This document shows, one piece after another, positions 1 through 7,424 of a DNA stretch of 52,331 bases (positions within the stretch are counted from its first letter, which is position 1; each line of letters starts with the position of its first letter). Source of the stretch: a virus (Duplodnaviria > Caudoviricetes); the IMG/VR virus record IMGVR_UViG_3300009104_002038, positions 1 to 52,331 of that record, one strand, 5' to 3'. Position numbers and translations under genes: made by a program. The notes beneath the pieces were generated by a model that was not told where the DNA came from, did not search any database, and saw nothing but the letters and a program-made list of their open reading frames with translations.

Positions 1-155
1 GTTTGAGTAAGCCTTCAAATTGGGTTACTCTCAAACCAAGCGCTATGACGATATGGCAGACGATGCGTTTGAGTAAGCCTTCAAATTGGGTTACTCTCAA
101 ACCGCAAAGAGTATTCATGGTTTGAGTAAGCCTTCAAATTGGGTTACTCTCAAAC
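1..155 (-). CRISPR. CRISPR array 1 (probably truncated by window edge), 3 identical 36-bp repeats
   Basis: GTTTGAGTAAGCCTTCAAATTGGGTTACTCTCAAAC at 1-36, 67-102, 120-155; spacers of 30 nt (37-66) and 17 nt (103-119). Minus orientation inferred from the promoter, the repeat decay in array 2 and G-U patterns in the scaffold. Confidence 0.93.
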
Positions 156-251
156 GGTAACCTTATTTGAAAGTTTATTATTCGTATTGACCTATGCAAG
201 CACAGGTCGCAACGCTTTTTACTTGCCCGACTCAACTTCGGGACAAGGATT
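156..251 (-). ncRNA. tracrRNA/omegaRNA-like scaffold fused to first repeat (copy A)
   Basis: 94/96 identical to 2294-2389. On minus: hairpin CUUGUCCCGA-AGUUGAG-UCGGGCAAG, hairpin GACCUGUG-CUUG-CAUAGGUC, and anti-repeat CUUUCAAAUAAGGUUAC complementary to repeat GUAACCCAAUUUGAAGG. Confidence 0.75.
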
Positions 252-268
252 AAACTGTAAAAGAACGA

Positions 269-1675
269 TTAACCAAACGCCGCTTTTTTGATATTTTGGG
301 CGGCGTTTTGGTCACGAGAATGGTGCGCTCCACATTCGGGGCAATCCCATTCGCGAATTTCTAAATTATTTGACAATTCTGTGTTCACAAAACCACAACA
401 AGAGCATTCTTGCGTGGTATAGGCAGGATCAACCGCAACGGCAACAACCCCCCTTAACTGAGATTTGTAATCTATTTGAGATTTAATCTTGTGGATTCCT
501 CCAGCTAAGGCTTTTCTGTTTATGGCTTGTTTCTGTTTATTGTAAAGTTTGGGGTCATCTTGGGTCTTTTTAACTATTTGTGAAGGTTTGTAGTCTTCAT
601 ATGCAATCCCGTCAAATTCATTCGTCACTTTGCTTGTAAAGTTATGTATTTGGTCATTATGGATACGAGTTTGGTGACGATGGAGCTTATTTAGGGCTGC
701 CTTTGTCTTTTTCCAGTTGTTGGAACCTTGGGTTTGAAGGCAAAGCTTCTGTTGGAGTTTAGTTATTTTCTTTTCTAGACGCTCATCCTTCGGAAAATTA
801 TAAGTATTATTTTGATCGTCAACAATATGGTCTTTAATGCCAAAGTCAAGCCCAGTGGTATTCTTTGGTTTTTTGGGGGCAGTAGGGATAGATTTGGAAT
901 CGAGAGTAATCGTAAGACAAAGGTAAAATTCGTCCCCATCCCTAGCAATCTTGGCGGTTTTAGGCTCACCCATCAAGGGGCGATGGATCACCACCCTTAT
1001 CTTTTCCTTGACGCCTGCAAAGTGATGGAGGGTACTGCGTTCGGGATTTGCTTCATTAATTTCTAGCTTATATTCCCCTTCATAGACTACGCCATCCTTG
1101 ACAGTATTCGAGGTCGAGATAGAGTCGCCATCGCAAATATGAGTAGGGTGAACTGGAAGACGAGCGCGCTCGGACTTTTCCCATCCAAGCCCACGCTTGG
1201 TAGTCTTGGGGGCATAGTAATTGACCTTCTTCCCCTTAGTATACCACGACGATTGAAGTTCAGGATAAATATGATTAAGTGAACGCGCAGAAATTTTATT
1301 AAGGAGGTCATACGCCCAGCATTTGCCATCTTCATTCGTGTAGCGATTATTTGGCAAAGATTTATTAATAATTCGAACGCCGCCCTCCTTAAGATTTTTT
1401 ACACGATAATATTTAAACTCTGGGAGGTTATCAAGCCCTACCCTGTGAGTTCTCCATTGTGAAATTGAGGAGTTCATCTTGGGGAAATTAGGGCCACCTT
1501 TGGCGCTTTGAAATTCTGGATAGTCTTCTATATGGGCCGCAATCCTGATCATCTCATTTTTGACCAACTGAAAAGCCTTATGCCCTTCGCACATCTGACG
1601 ATACCATTCAGTGTCCAGAATATCTTGCTTGCGACTCAATGGAAGTATCCTGAATTTCTGAGTAATAGTTTTCAT
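269..1675 (-). CDS. tnpB: TnpB/Cas12f-like RNA-guided RuvC nuclease, CRISPR-associated
   Basis: N-terminal KFRILP; RuvC-I GLDFG, RuvC-II AYED, zinc ribbon CSCCG..CPECG, RuvC-III RDQNAAQNI, all intact. ATG at 1675 preferred over TTG at 1684 because of the promoter position. Confidence 0.9.
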   Translation of the reverse strand: MKTITQKFRILPLSRKQDILDTEWYRQMCEGHKAFQLVKNEMIRIAAHIEDYPEFQSAKGGPNFPKMNSSISQWRTHRVGLDNLPEFKYYRVKNLKEGGVRIINKSLPNNRYTNEDGKCWAYDLLNKISARSLNHIYPELQSSWYTKGKKVNYYAPKTTKRGLGWEKSERARLPVHPTHICDGDSISTSNTVKDGVVYEGEYKLEINEANPERSTLHHFAGVKEKIRVVIHRPLMGEPKTAKIARDGDEFYLCLTITLDSKSIPTAPKKPKNTTGLDFGIKDHIVDDQNNTYNFPKDERLEKKITKLQQKLCLQTQGSNNWKKTKAALNKLHRHQTRIHNDQIHNFTSKVTNEFDGIAYEDYKPSQIVKKTQDDPKLYNKQKQAINRKALAGGIHKIKSQIDYKSQLRGVVAVAVDPAYTTQECSCCGFVNTELSNNLEIREWDCPECGAHHSRDQNAAQNIKKAAFG

Positions 1676-1685
1676 GATGGACAAC

Positions 1686-1714
1686 AGTATAGACTATATT
1701 TGCATATATGTAAA
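1686..1714 (-). promoter_or_regulatory. sigma70 promoter of tnpB-like gene
   Basis: TTTACA-N17-TATACT, 10 nt before ATG 1675. Confidence 0.65.
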
Positions 1715-1750
1715 GAAAAAAATAACATATTTGCGTATCTGGTACCAGGG

Positions 1751-1950
1751 GTTCCGCTGTCCTCTTAAATAAAAGGGGGGCGAAAGCTCCCGTAGTTCAA
1801 TGTTTCGCCATCCTATTAACTAAAAACTAGTCGTTTGGGGCGGGTTTCACCATCCTCTTAGTGATCCGGGGAGGGTTCCGCTGTCCTGTCCTGCAGGTAG
1901 TTCCGCAGACCTTAAAGACAAGCGCTGGATGTAATTCCGCCTCTCTTTTT
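1751..1950. repeat. six degenerate ~17-bp direct repeats (GTTYCRCYRTCCTCTTA)
   Basis: Copies start at 1751, 1802, 1844, 1875, 1900, 1934 in a non-coding gap. Confidence 0.6.
1771..1791 (-). terminator. possible intrinsic terminator
   Basis: GGGAGC-TTTC-GCCCCCC followed by TTTTATTT on minus; GAAA-loop hairpin on plus. Confidence 0.4.
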
Positions 1951-2059
1951 TAAAAGGAGTTTTTGCCTATCGATGTTATCGCAAGGCTTTTGATTCCCCC
2001 AGCGAACTTGGGAAGAATAAAAAAGTATTAATCAAAAATAATCACGGCTAGCACCTGGG

Positions 2060-2293
2060 GTTTAAGTAAACTTATAAATCGCCTGTCTCTCACCAGTTTG
2101 GATAAGCCTTCAAATTATGTTGCATCACAACCAACTGAGGTGTTTGAGTAAGCCTTCAAATTCGGTTGTTCTCATTCCCCTCACACTAACCGTTTGAGTA
2201 AGCCTTCAAATTTGGTTACTCTCAAACTTCCGGAGGCTCCCTCTCATGCTCTTCTTGGTTTGAGCAAGCCTTCAAATTGGGTTACTCTCAAAC
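2060..2293 (-). CRISPR. CRISPR array 2, same repeat, decaying leftwards
   Basis: Repeats at 2258-2293 (35/36), 2192-2227 (35/36), 2142-2177 (31/36), 2096-2131 (~26/36), 2060-2095 (~23/36); spacers of 30, 14, 10 and 0 nt. Confidence 0.88.
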
Positions 2294-2389
2294 GGCAACC
2301 TTATTTGAAAGTTTATTATTCGTATTGACCTATGCAAGCACAGATCGCAACGCTTTTTACTTGCCCGACTCAACTTCGGGACAAGGATT
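2294..2389 (-). ncRNA. tracrRNA/omegaRNA-like scaffold (copy B)
   Basis: Duplicate of 156-251; both substitutions give G-U pairs on the minus strand. Confidence 0.75.
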
Positions 2390-2417
2390 TAAAATGAGAA
2401 AGAACAAATACCACCTT

Positions 2418-2445
2418 ATTATAGCGCACCGAAGAAAAATTTCAA
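2418..2445 (-). promoter_or_regulatory. sigma70 promoter driving scaffold B and array 2
   Basis: TTGAAA-N16-TATAAT pointing into the scaffold. Confidence 0.7.
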
Positions 2446-2450
2446 CCAAA

Positions 2451-3143
2451 TCATGGGAGAAACTTTTTTTTACGGATCGCTCGCCCTGTCTTTTTTTTAC
2501 GACATTTGTCTCGCCACCTCAAGACCGCCTCGCATAACTTATAGAACTCATCTAGAGGGAGGTCGGCCTTGGCTCGATTGGCGCGAAGCGAACAAATTTC
2601 TAGATTCTCTAAGTCATTGCTGCCTCCTAGGGAGGTGGGAACTCTATGGTCTAGGCTGTAACTCGAGGCATTGTTGAGGTTTATCTTTTCGCCCGTCAAG
2701 TAGCATATGGGTTTTGGGCCTATCTTATTTACAACATCAGCCGTAGTATATGGCTCTGAGACACGAACCCTCCAATTCGTGCGTCCTGCACCTTTTTGGC
2801 GCCTCTTGAAACATTTTACTTTGCTTGAAAATTGACGCCAAGCTCCCTTGGTGCAACGCGCCTTAAAAGACCAAATCTTGCGCTCTAGAGGAGACCTCTT
2901 TTGAGTAGAGACCCTTTTCTTTTCGCTCTTTTTGTGACCGCAATGGTACGAGATCGTAGCTTTGGAGCAGCCTAGGGCAGAAGCGATTTCATTATAACTA
3001 AGCCCTTGGCGCCGAAGCTTTAGGATGTCTTCTCTGTGGCGCTTATATTTGTTTCTTTTACTTCTAATGTTTGTCATTTTTTTCCTTATGTCTAGAGTCC
3101 GGGCAAGTTGAGTCATGTATCCATTTTGACAGGGAACTTGCAA
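2451..3143 (-). CDS. HTH-HNH endonuclease
   Basis: N-terminal HTH (GLSYNEIASALGCSKATISYH); C-terminal CYLTG..SLDHRVPTSLGGSNDLENLEIC..AN HNH. True start probably downstream of 3143. Confidence 0.85.
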   Translation of the reverse strand: MQVPCQNGYMTQLARTLDIRKKMTNIRSKRNKYKRHREDILKLRRQGLSYNEIASALGCSKATISYHCGHKKSEKKRVSTQKRSPLERKIWSFKARCTKGAWRQFSSKVKCFKRRQKGAGRTNWRVRVSEPYTTADVVNKIGPKPICYLTGEKINLNNASSYSLDHRVPTSLGGSNDLENLEICSLRANRAKADLPLDEFYKLCEAVLRWRDKCRKKKTGRAIRKKKFLP

Positions 3144-3236
3144 GACGAGAAGAGAATAAGCAAATTACCCAATATGAAATCTCAGACAATGGATGCCCGA
3201 AGACATTATGGAAAAACCAATTCTTGTATATTCTAT

Positions 3237-3422
3237 TCATCGCTGTTGCTCAAGGAATTCAAGTATCATTTTAATGGTGGCTTCGTCCTTGGTATGAATA
3301 GCCTCCCCGGAAATCAGCATGATTTTCCATAAGTCATAGCTTCTGCGCTCCTTGATGTACACAATGTTGGCGGGATTAATATAGTAGTACTCGCCCACTT
3401 TATCTTTAACTGTAAAAATCAT
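3237..3422 (-). CDS. hypothetical protein
   Basis: 61-aa ORF with ATGA overlap to the upstream gene. Confidence 0.65.
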   Translation of the reverse strand: MIFTVKDKVGEYYYINPANIVYIKERRSYDLWKIMLISGEAIHTKDEATIKMILEFLEQQR

Positions 3423-4003
3423 TTTTCTTGTCTCTCTTTAATAAGCTTTTTTATTTTTTTTATTATCCTTGATTTGGCAACGGTAACATTTGTAACCTTG
3501 AATCCTGTTTTTTCTGCAATTTCATGACAATCAAAACCATCTACTAATAAATTAAAAATTATTTTCTCCTTATTTCCTAGATAATTTTCCAGTTGACGCA
3601 AGAATTCAATCCTTTCTTCTTTAATTAAGTCTGCGAACGGCGCATCGGCAAGCCAATCATAGTTAATGGGAATCGAGCCGCACCCAATAGATAATTTATA
3701 AGGATCACTGTGGTCAATAGTTTTTGAGTTATCAAGGTGCTGAGAGAGGGTATCTTTGTATTCCGGGACATAATTTATTTTATTTCTTTGGCGCCGCTTT
3801 AGGTATGCCTTTATTTGAAACCGAGCTATTCCGAAAATCCATGACACAAAACTCTTGGAGCTATCGTAGTCCCGCTCTTTATTAATGACGACAAGATTTG
3901 TTTCCTGTAGAACGTCATGAGCGTCAGAATGGTCAAATATTCTCGATGATATAAATTTCTTGAGTTTTGGTTGGGCGTCAGAAAGCTGGGATTGATAGCC
4001 CAT
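3419..4003 (-). CDS. ECF-type sigma-70 factor
   Basis: Region 2 DAHDVLQETNLV..FVSWIFGIARFQI and region 4 EIAEKTG..VTVAKSRI; resembles the Rhodopirellula/Verrucomicrobium ECF family. Confidence 0.85.
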   Translation of the reverse strand: MGYQSQLSDAQPKLKKFISSRIFDHSDAHDVLQETNLVVINKERDYDSSKSFVSWIFGIARFQIKAYLKRRQRNKINYVPEYKDTLSQHLDNSKTIDHSDPYKLSIGCGSIPINYDWLADAPFADLIKEERIEFLRQLENYLGNKEKIIFNLLVDGFDCHEIAEKTGFKVTNVTVAKSRIIKKIKKLIKERQEK

Positions 4004-4584
4004 TAAAATGGAACGTCATCAGTTGGGAGGATAGTAGGGGGTTTTGTTTTTTTGACTTTAACGGCTTTTTTCTTGAGCGCTTTCTTGGGCGCCTTCTTGG
4101 CCGTTTTCTTTTTCTTTGGGGGTTGATGTTGGCTGTATTGGAGAAGAATTAGATCATTAGTCCCGTAGGCATCATCGATTGCAAGCTGTAGCGTCTCAAG
4201 CGCATAGCGCGAATGAGTCATGCTTCCATAGAGTTGCCCATTGTCTAATTTACTAAAAATATTCATTAGGAAGTCTTTGGCGTCCACATGATTTGTGATA
4301 TTTGCGAGATCCAGAGATTCTTTCCAGAAGCGGTAACTGTCTCTTTGGCGATAACGCTTTTTTATTTCTTCCTCAAGTTTCTTGGTGGATTTCTCTTCAG
4401 GTATATGGAAGTCAAGCTCAGTCTGAATAAGCTCAATGGTCTTTGCTGGAATAAGATGGCCTTTATCTTTAACTGGCTGAGCTTGCAGATAAACTAAATT
4501 AAGCAAATTCTGATACCTGCGGAGCAACTTATCCTGTGGAATAGATCCGTTTTCTATACGCGTTCCACTCATCGTCATGCTCAT
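4003..4584 (-). CDS. hypothetical protein, Lys-rich tail ending DDVPF
   Basis: 193-aa ORF in operon. Confidence 0.75.
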   Translation of the reverse strand: MSMTMSGTRIENGSIPQDKLLRRYQNLLNLVYLQAQPVKDKGHLIPAKTIELIQTELDFHIPEEKSTKKLEEEIKKRYRQRDSYRFWKESLDLANITNHVDAKDFLMNIFSKLDNGQLYGSMTHSRYALETLQLAIDDAYGTNDLILLQYSQHQPPKKKKTAKKAPKKALKKKAVKVKKTKPPTILPTDDVPF

Positions 4585-4587
4585 GCT

Positions 4588-4731
4588 TTATAATCCTTTC
4601 AATAACTCGGGGTGAACTGAATAACCTAATTGAGTCTTTGGCTTCTCAAAGGCGCCAAAATCCCATAGATCGCATAGGAAATTTTCTTTATATAAGTCCC
4701 AGATGCTTTTATTTGAAGTATTTGTATTCAT
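4588..4731 (-). CDS. small hypothetical protein (47 aa, not in ORF track)
   Basis: ATGA overlap with upstream stop; fills the gap exactly. Confidence 0.5.
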   Translation of the reverse strand: MNTNTSNKSIWDLYKENFLCDLWDFGAFEKPKTQLGYSVHPELLKGL

Positions 4732-4991
4732 TTCTTCTGATCGATAGTTAAGGATAGATGGTAGCCGTCTTTTTCTTTGTCTATTATAATGTAGATTGAG
4801 TTGTTATTTTCAACAAACATAAGATAATCTATGATTTCTTTGATATGCCTTGAGTTTAACCCGCCGTATTGACTGTTCTCTTTGTAGTCGCTTTCGTTGA
4901 CGATTGCCGAAATGAGTTTTTTGATCTGGGCCTGAGTGAGCTTTAATTTGTCGCTAGACCAGTTGCCTTCTCCTTCGGCAAAAGAAATCAT
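4728..4991 (-). CDS. hypothetical protein
   Basis: ORF with ATGA overlaps. Confidence 0.65.
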   Translation of the reverse strand: MISFAEGEGNWSSDKLKLTQAQIKKLISAIVNESDYKENSQYGGLNSRHIKEIIDYLMFVENNNSIYIIIDKEKDGYHLSLTIDQKK

Positions 4992-5230
4992 CCCACGACA
5001 ACCCTCTCCACATCATTCTCTAGCTCATGGTTGTCCCAATATTTGTGGTCGTATTCACTATACTTAATATCATTAAAAAGAATTAACTTAGTAGAGTTTG
5101 GGCCTGTGGAATGAGAGACTTCATATCCTACCGCATTCCCGTCAGGCACTCGACCGGACCCATCTTTATATTCAAAACACTCGTCGTAGTCATGCTCCGA
5201 ATAAACTAATTGACTTGATTTAATTTCCAT
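4988..5230 (-). CDS. hypothetical protein
   Basis: ORF directly after a consensus promoter. Confidence 0.7.
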   Translation of the reverse strand: MEIKSSQLVYSEHDYDECFEYKDGSGRVPDGNAVGYEVSHSTGPNSTKLILFNDIKYSEYDHKYWDNHELENDVERVVVG

Positions 5231-5239
5231 GATGAAAGC

Positions 5240-5268
5240 AGTGTACTATATAATATGAAGATTGTCAA
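5240..5268 (-). promoter_or_regulatory. sigma70 promoter
   Basis: TTGACA-N17-TACACT. Confidence 0.75.
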
Positions 5269-5395
5269 GGTGAAACACAAAATAACCCACGACTTTTTAT
5301 TAGATTTATACGAAAAAAGCAAAAAGTTAAAAGGGGAAAAGAAGAAGAAGCTCCTAGAGCAAATAGAGTTTCTCAGCAATCACATAGGAGAATAC

Positions 5396-6031
5396 TTAGT
5401 TAAGTAGGATGGCTTTCGACCATTGTTCAGCCATCGCTCGAGCAAACCCCGGAAAAGTCTTGCTTCGGTATCGAGTCCTCTCGGCCGGTGCCATCTTCAT
5501 GCTTTCTACATGCCAAATAGGATCTTTTCTGCCATCCTTATAGGTGTACATTTCGGGTTCGACCACCTTAGTCTTATTCAGTAACGGAAGCCCTTTTAAC
5601 CACAACCCGGTCTTCTTGCTGTGAGGATCCCCAAAATAGTAAGGGTGGACGTATTGGTCTGGCTTGCGCCAGCGCGTTGACATAATTCCCACTGGATTCT
5701 CGATGGCTATGCGTGAGCAATCGGATTTAGCGATATCTAAGAAGAATTTGATAGCATCCTCCCTCTGCTTGGGACGATCAGGAAAACGATCTCTGAACTC
5801 TGGCTTAAACCACTTATTCCCAGTCACAGTTAGAAAAGTGCAGGGAGGGTGAGCAATGATTAAGTCCCATTCTTCGTCTAGATGGTCGATGCAGTCGCCC
5901 TGAATATGCCATTCGGGCCTTCCACCGCTACATGGAGCTATATCGCAGGAATAAGCCTCGGCCCCAACTTTACGAAATGCATGACATACAATCTGGCTCT
6001 CTTCGCACGCCACCATAACCTTTAGGTTCAT
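5396..6031 (-). CDS. phage DNA cytosine-5 methyltransferase-like protein
   Basis: VMVACEES, AYSCDI, DLIIAHPPC (catalytic PC) and IENPV motifs. Confidence 0.8.
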   Translation of the reverse strand: MNLKVMVACEESQIVCHAFRKVGAEAYSCDIAPCSGGRPEWHIQGDCIDHLDEEWDLIIAHPPCTFLTVTGNKWFKPEFRDRFPDRPKQREDAIKFFLDIAKSDCSRIAIENPVGIMSTRWRKPDQYVHPYYFGDPHSKKTGLWLKGLPLLNKTKVVEPEMYTYKDGRKDPIWHVESMKMAPAERTRYRSKTFPGFARAMAEQWSKAILLN

Positions 6032-6049
6032 GGGGTGATGCTTTATGAA

Positions 6050-6484
6050 TCACTGAGCCTCAAGAGTGTCCACTACCTCGGGCGTATCCGGGGTGGGCGC
6101 CTCTTCGGGGGGATCTTTTTTAATCATTTCTCTAATGTCTTCCTCAAGCTCCCTAAAGAGTTTTTCTTCCTCTGATATTAGAAAGAGGCTATTTTGCTCG
6201 ATGGCAGCATGATACCCATCCGCATAGTTGTATATAGACCCAGCCTCAGCAAGAACGCTCGCGGCTTGAGTCCTGCCGTCTTCAAATCCCCTTTGGTAGT
6301 GCGCATCCTTCGCAGCGCTCAACTGTTCTCCGAAGTCGCTTATTTGGGCGTCCTGAATGTTCGACTCAAGTTGATAGGTGGAGAGTAGAGTCTCAAGATC
6401 GCTAGATTTCTTGAGTTGCCCCTGTATAACGAATCCAGCAAGGATTACTCCAGCAATCCATAGGTATCTTTCTTGAATCTTCAT
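6050..6484 (-). CDS. hypothetical membrane-anchored protein
   Basis: N-terminal hydrophobic helix then coiled coil. Confidence 0.7.
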   Translation of the reverse strand: MKIQERYLWIAGVILAGFVIQGQLKKSSDLETLLSTYQLESNIQDAQISDFGEQLSAAKDAHYQRGFEDGRTQAASVLAEAGSIYNYADGYHAAIEQNSLFLISEEEKLFRELEEDIREMIKKDPPEEAPTPDTPEVVDTLEAQ

Positions 6485-6490
6485 GACTTA

Positions 6491-6679
6491 TTAATATTGA
6501 GGGTTCCAGTATATATTTTTAAAAAGAACAAACTTGACTTCTTTCCCGATATCAATGTCAAGTCCGACAAATTCACCCTCGGGAACTGGATCGTCGGTAT
6601 CAACGTAAAAAAACTCTTCAATTTCAGTGGCGCACACCATCTCGGCGCCAAACTCCTCGGTTTTATAGCTAGAGCTCAT
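6491..6679 (-). CDS. hypothetical protein
   Basis: 62-aa acidic ORF in operon. Confidence 0.55.
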   Translation of the reverse strand: MSSSYKTEEFGAEMVCATEIEEFFYVDTDDPVPEGEFVGLDIDIGKEVKFVLFKNIYWNPQY

Positions 6680-6695
6680 ATTTGCCTAGCCCCCT

Positions 6696-7409
6696 CTAGA
6701 TTTGTTCGTTAAGATAGAGGTTGTCCAAAATTTTAGCCTTAGTATTATCGGATAATACGGACATTACCTTAGAGGGTATATCTTTAAGAGGCCTATCACG
6801 AAGAAGATCAAGGATTGTCTTCTCATCTAAAATAACTGAGCCCGTAGAGGGATCTGGGGACTCCTCGGTCTCTTGCAACATCAAGCCTGTGCATGACCCA
6901 GAAGCCTCAAAGAGGAGTTCAGACTGAGATGGTTCGTCATCCAATATAGGGCACCTGCCGAGAATATTGGTGCGCCTATCATATTCCTCTATGCTAGATT
7001 CAATGATTTGGCTTACACTCCTAACATTGAACCCTAACTTCTCTGGAGAACGAGTGGCTGTTCCACCCATAAGAATATCTTCGTTTACTATAAGCTTAAG
7101 GCTTGCGGACTCGACTTTCTCGTATTGAACGGGTGAGCCGTCAGAATATGCACGCATCCCGCGCTTATTACGCCTAGAGTAAAGTGTGGCGTCTTCGGTA
7201 TAACCATCCAATACGTAATCGCATTGATCTTCAACGTTTTGAATTTGCTCATAAATATCAAGCCCGTGCTCCTCGCACGAACCAACTTGATGAATCATCT
7301 GATCCTTCTCTAGGCGATCCACGAGAAGCCTCTCAATTAATACTGGGTAAAACGTTTGACCGTTTTCTCGAATAGGTTTGATTTCGCAGTTTTTCATATA
7401 AGCCTCCAT
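6696..7409 (-). CDS. hypothetical protein
   Basis: 237-aa ORF; promoter TTGACA-N17-TAATAT at 7408-7436 suggests a start at 7397. Confidence 0.75.
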   Translation of the reverse strand: MEAYMKNCEIKPIRENGQTFYPVLIERLLVDRLEKDQMIHQVGSCEEHGLDIYEQIQNVEDQCDYVLDGYTEDATLYSRRNKRGMRAYSDGSPVQYEKVESASLKLIVNEDILMGGTATRSPEKLGFNVRSVSQIIESSIEEYDRRTNILGRCPILDDEPSQSELLFEASGSCTGLMLQETEESPDPSTGSVILDEKTILDLLRDRPLKDIPSKVMSVLSDNTKAKILDNLYLNEQI

Positions 7410-7424
7410 ATTACTATATTATTA

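Noticed and set aside
156-180. Plus-strand, Cas9-style reading (spacer-repeat-anti-repeat); the anti-repeat duplex alone has more G-U pairs on plus
   Set aside because: The promoter, gene direction, decay polarity, CUUG tetraloop and inter-copy substitutions all favour minus, and no Cas9/IscB is in the window. Not fully excluded.
269-1750. Ordinary IS200/IS605 insertion
   Set aside because: No tnpA and no recognisable transposon end hairpins; the downstream RNA is duplicated with its own promoter and tied to arrays.
1919-1926. CAAGCGCT match to the start of spacer 37-66 (self-targeting)
   Set aside because: Only 8 nt, expected by chance. I could not search all spacers exhaustively by eye.
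2277-2537. Plus-strand 86-aa ORF
   Set aside because: Runs over the repeat, scaffold and promoter; no protein features.
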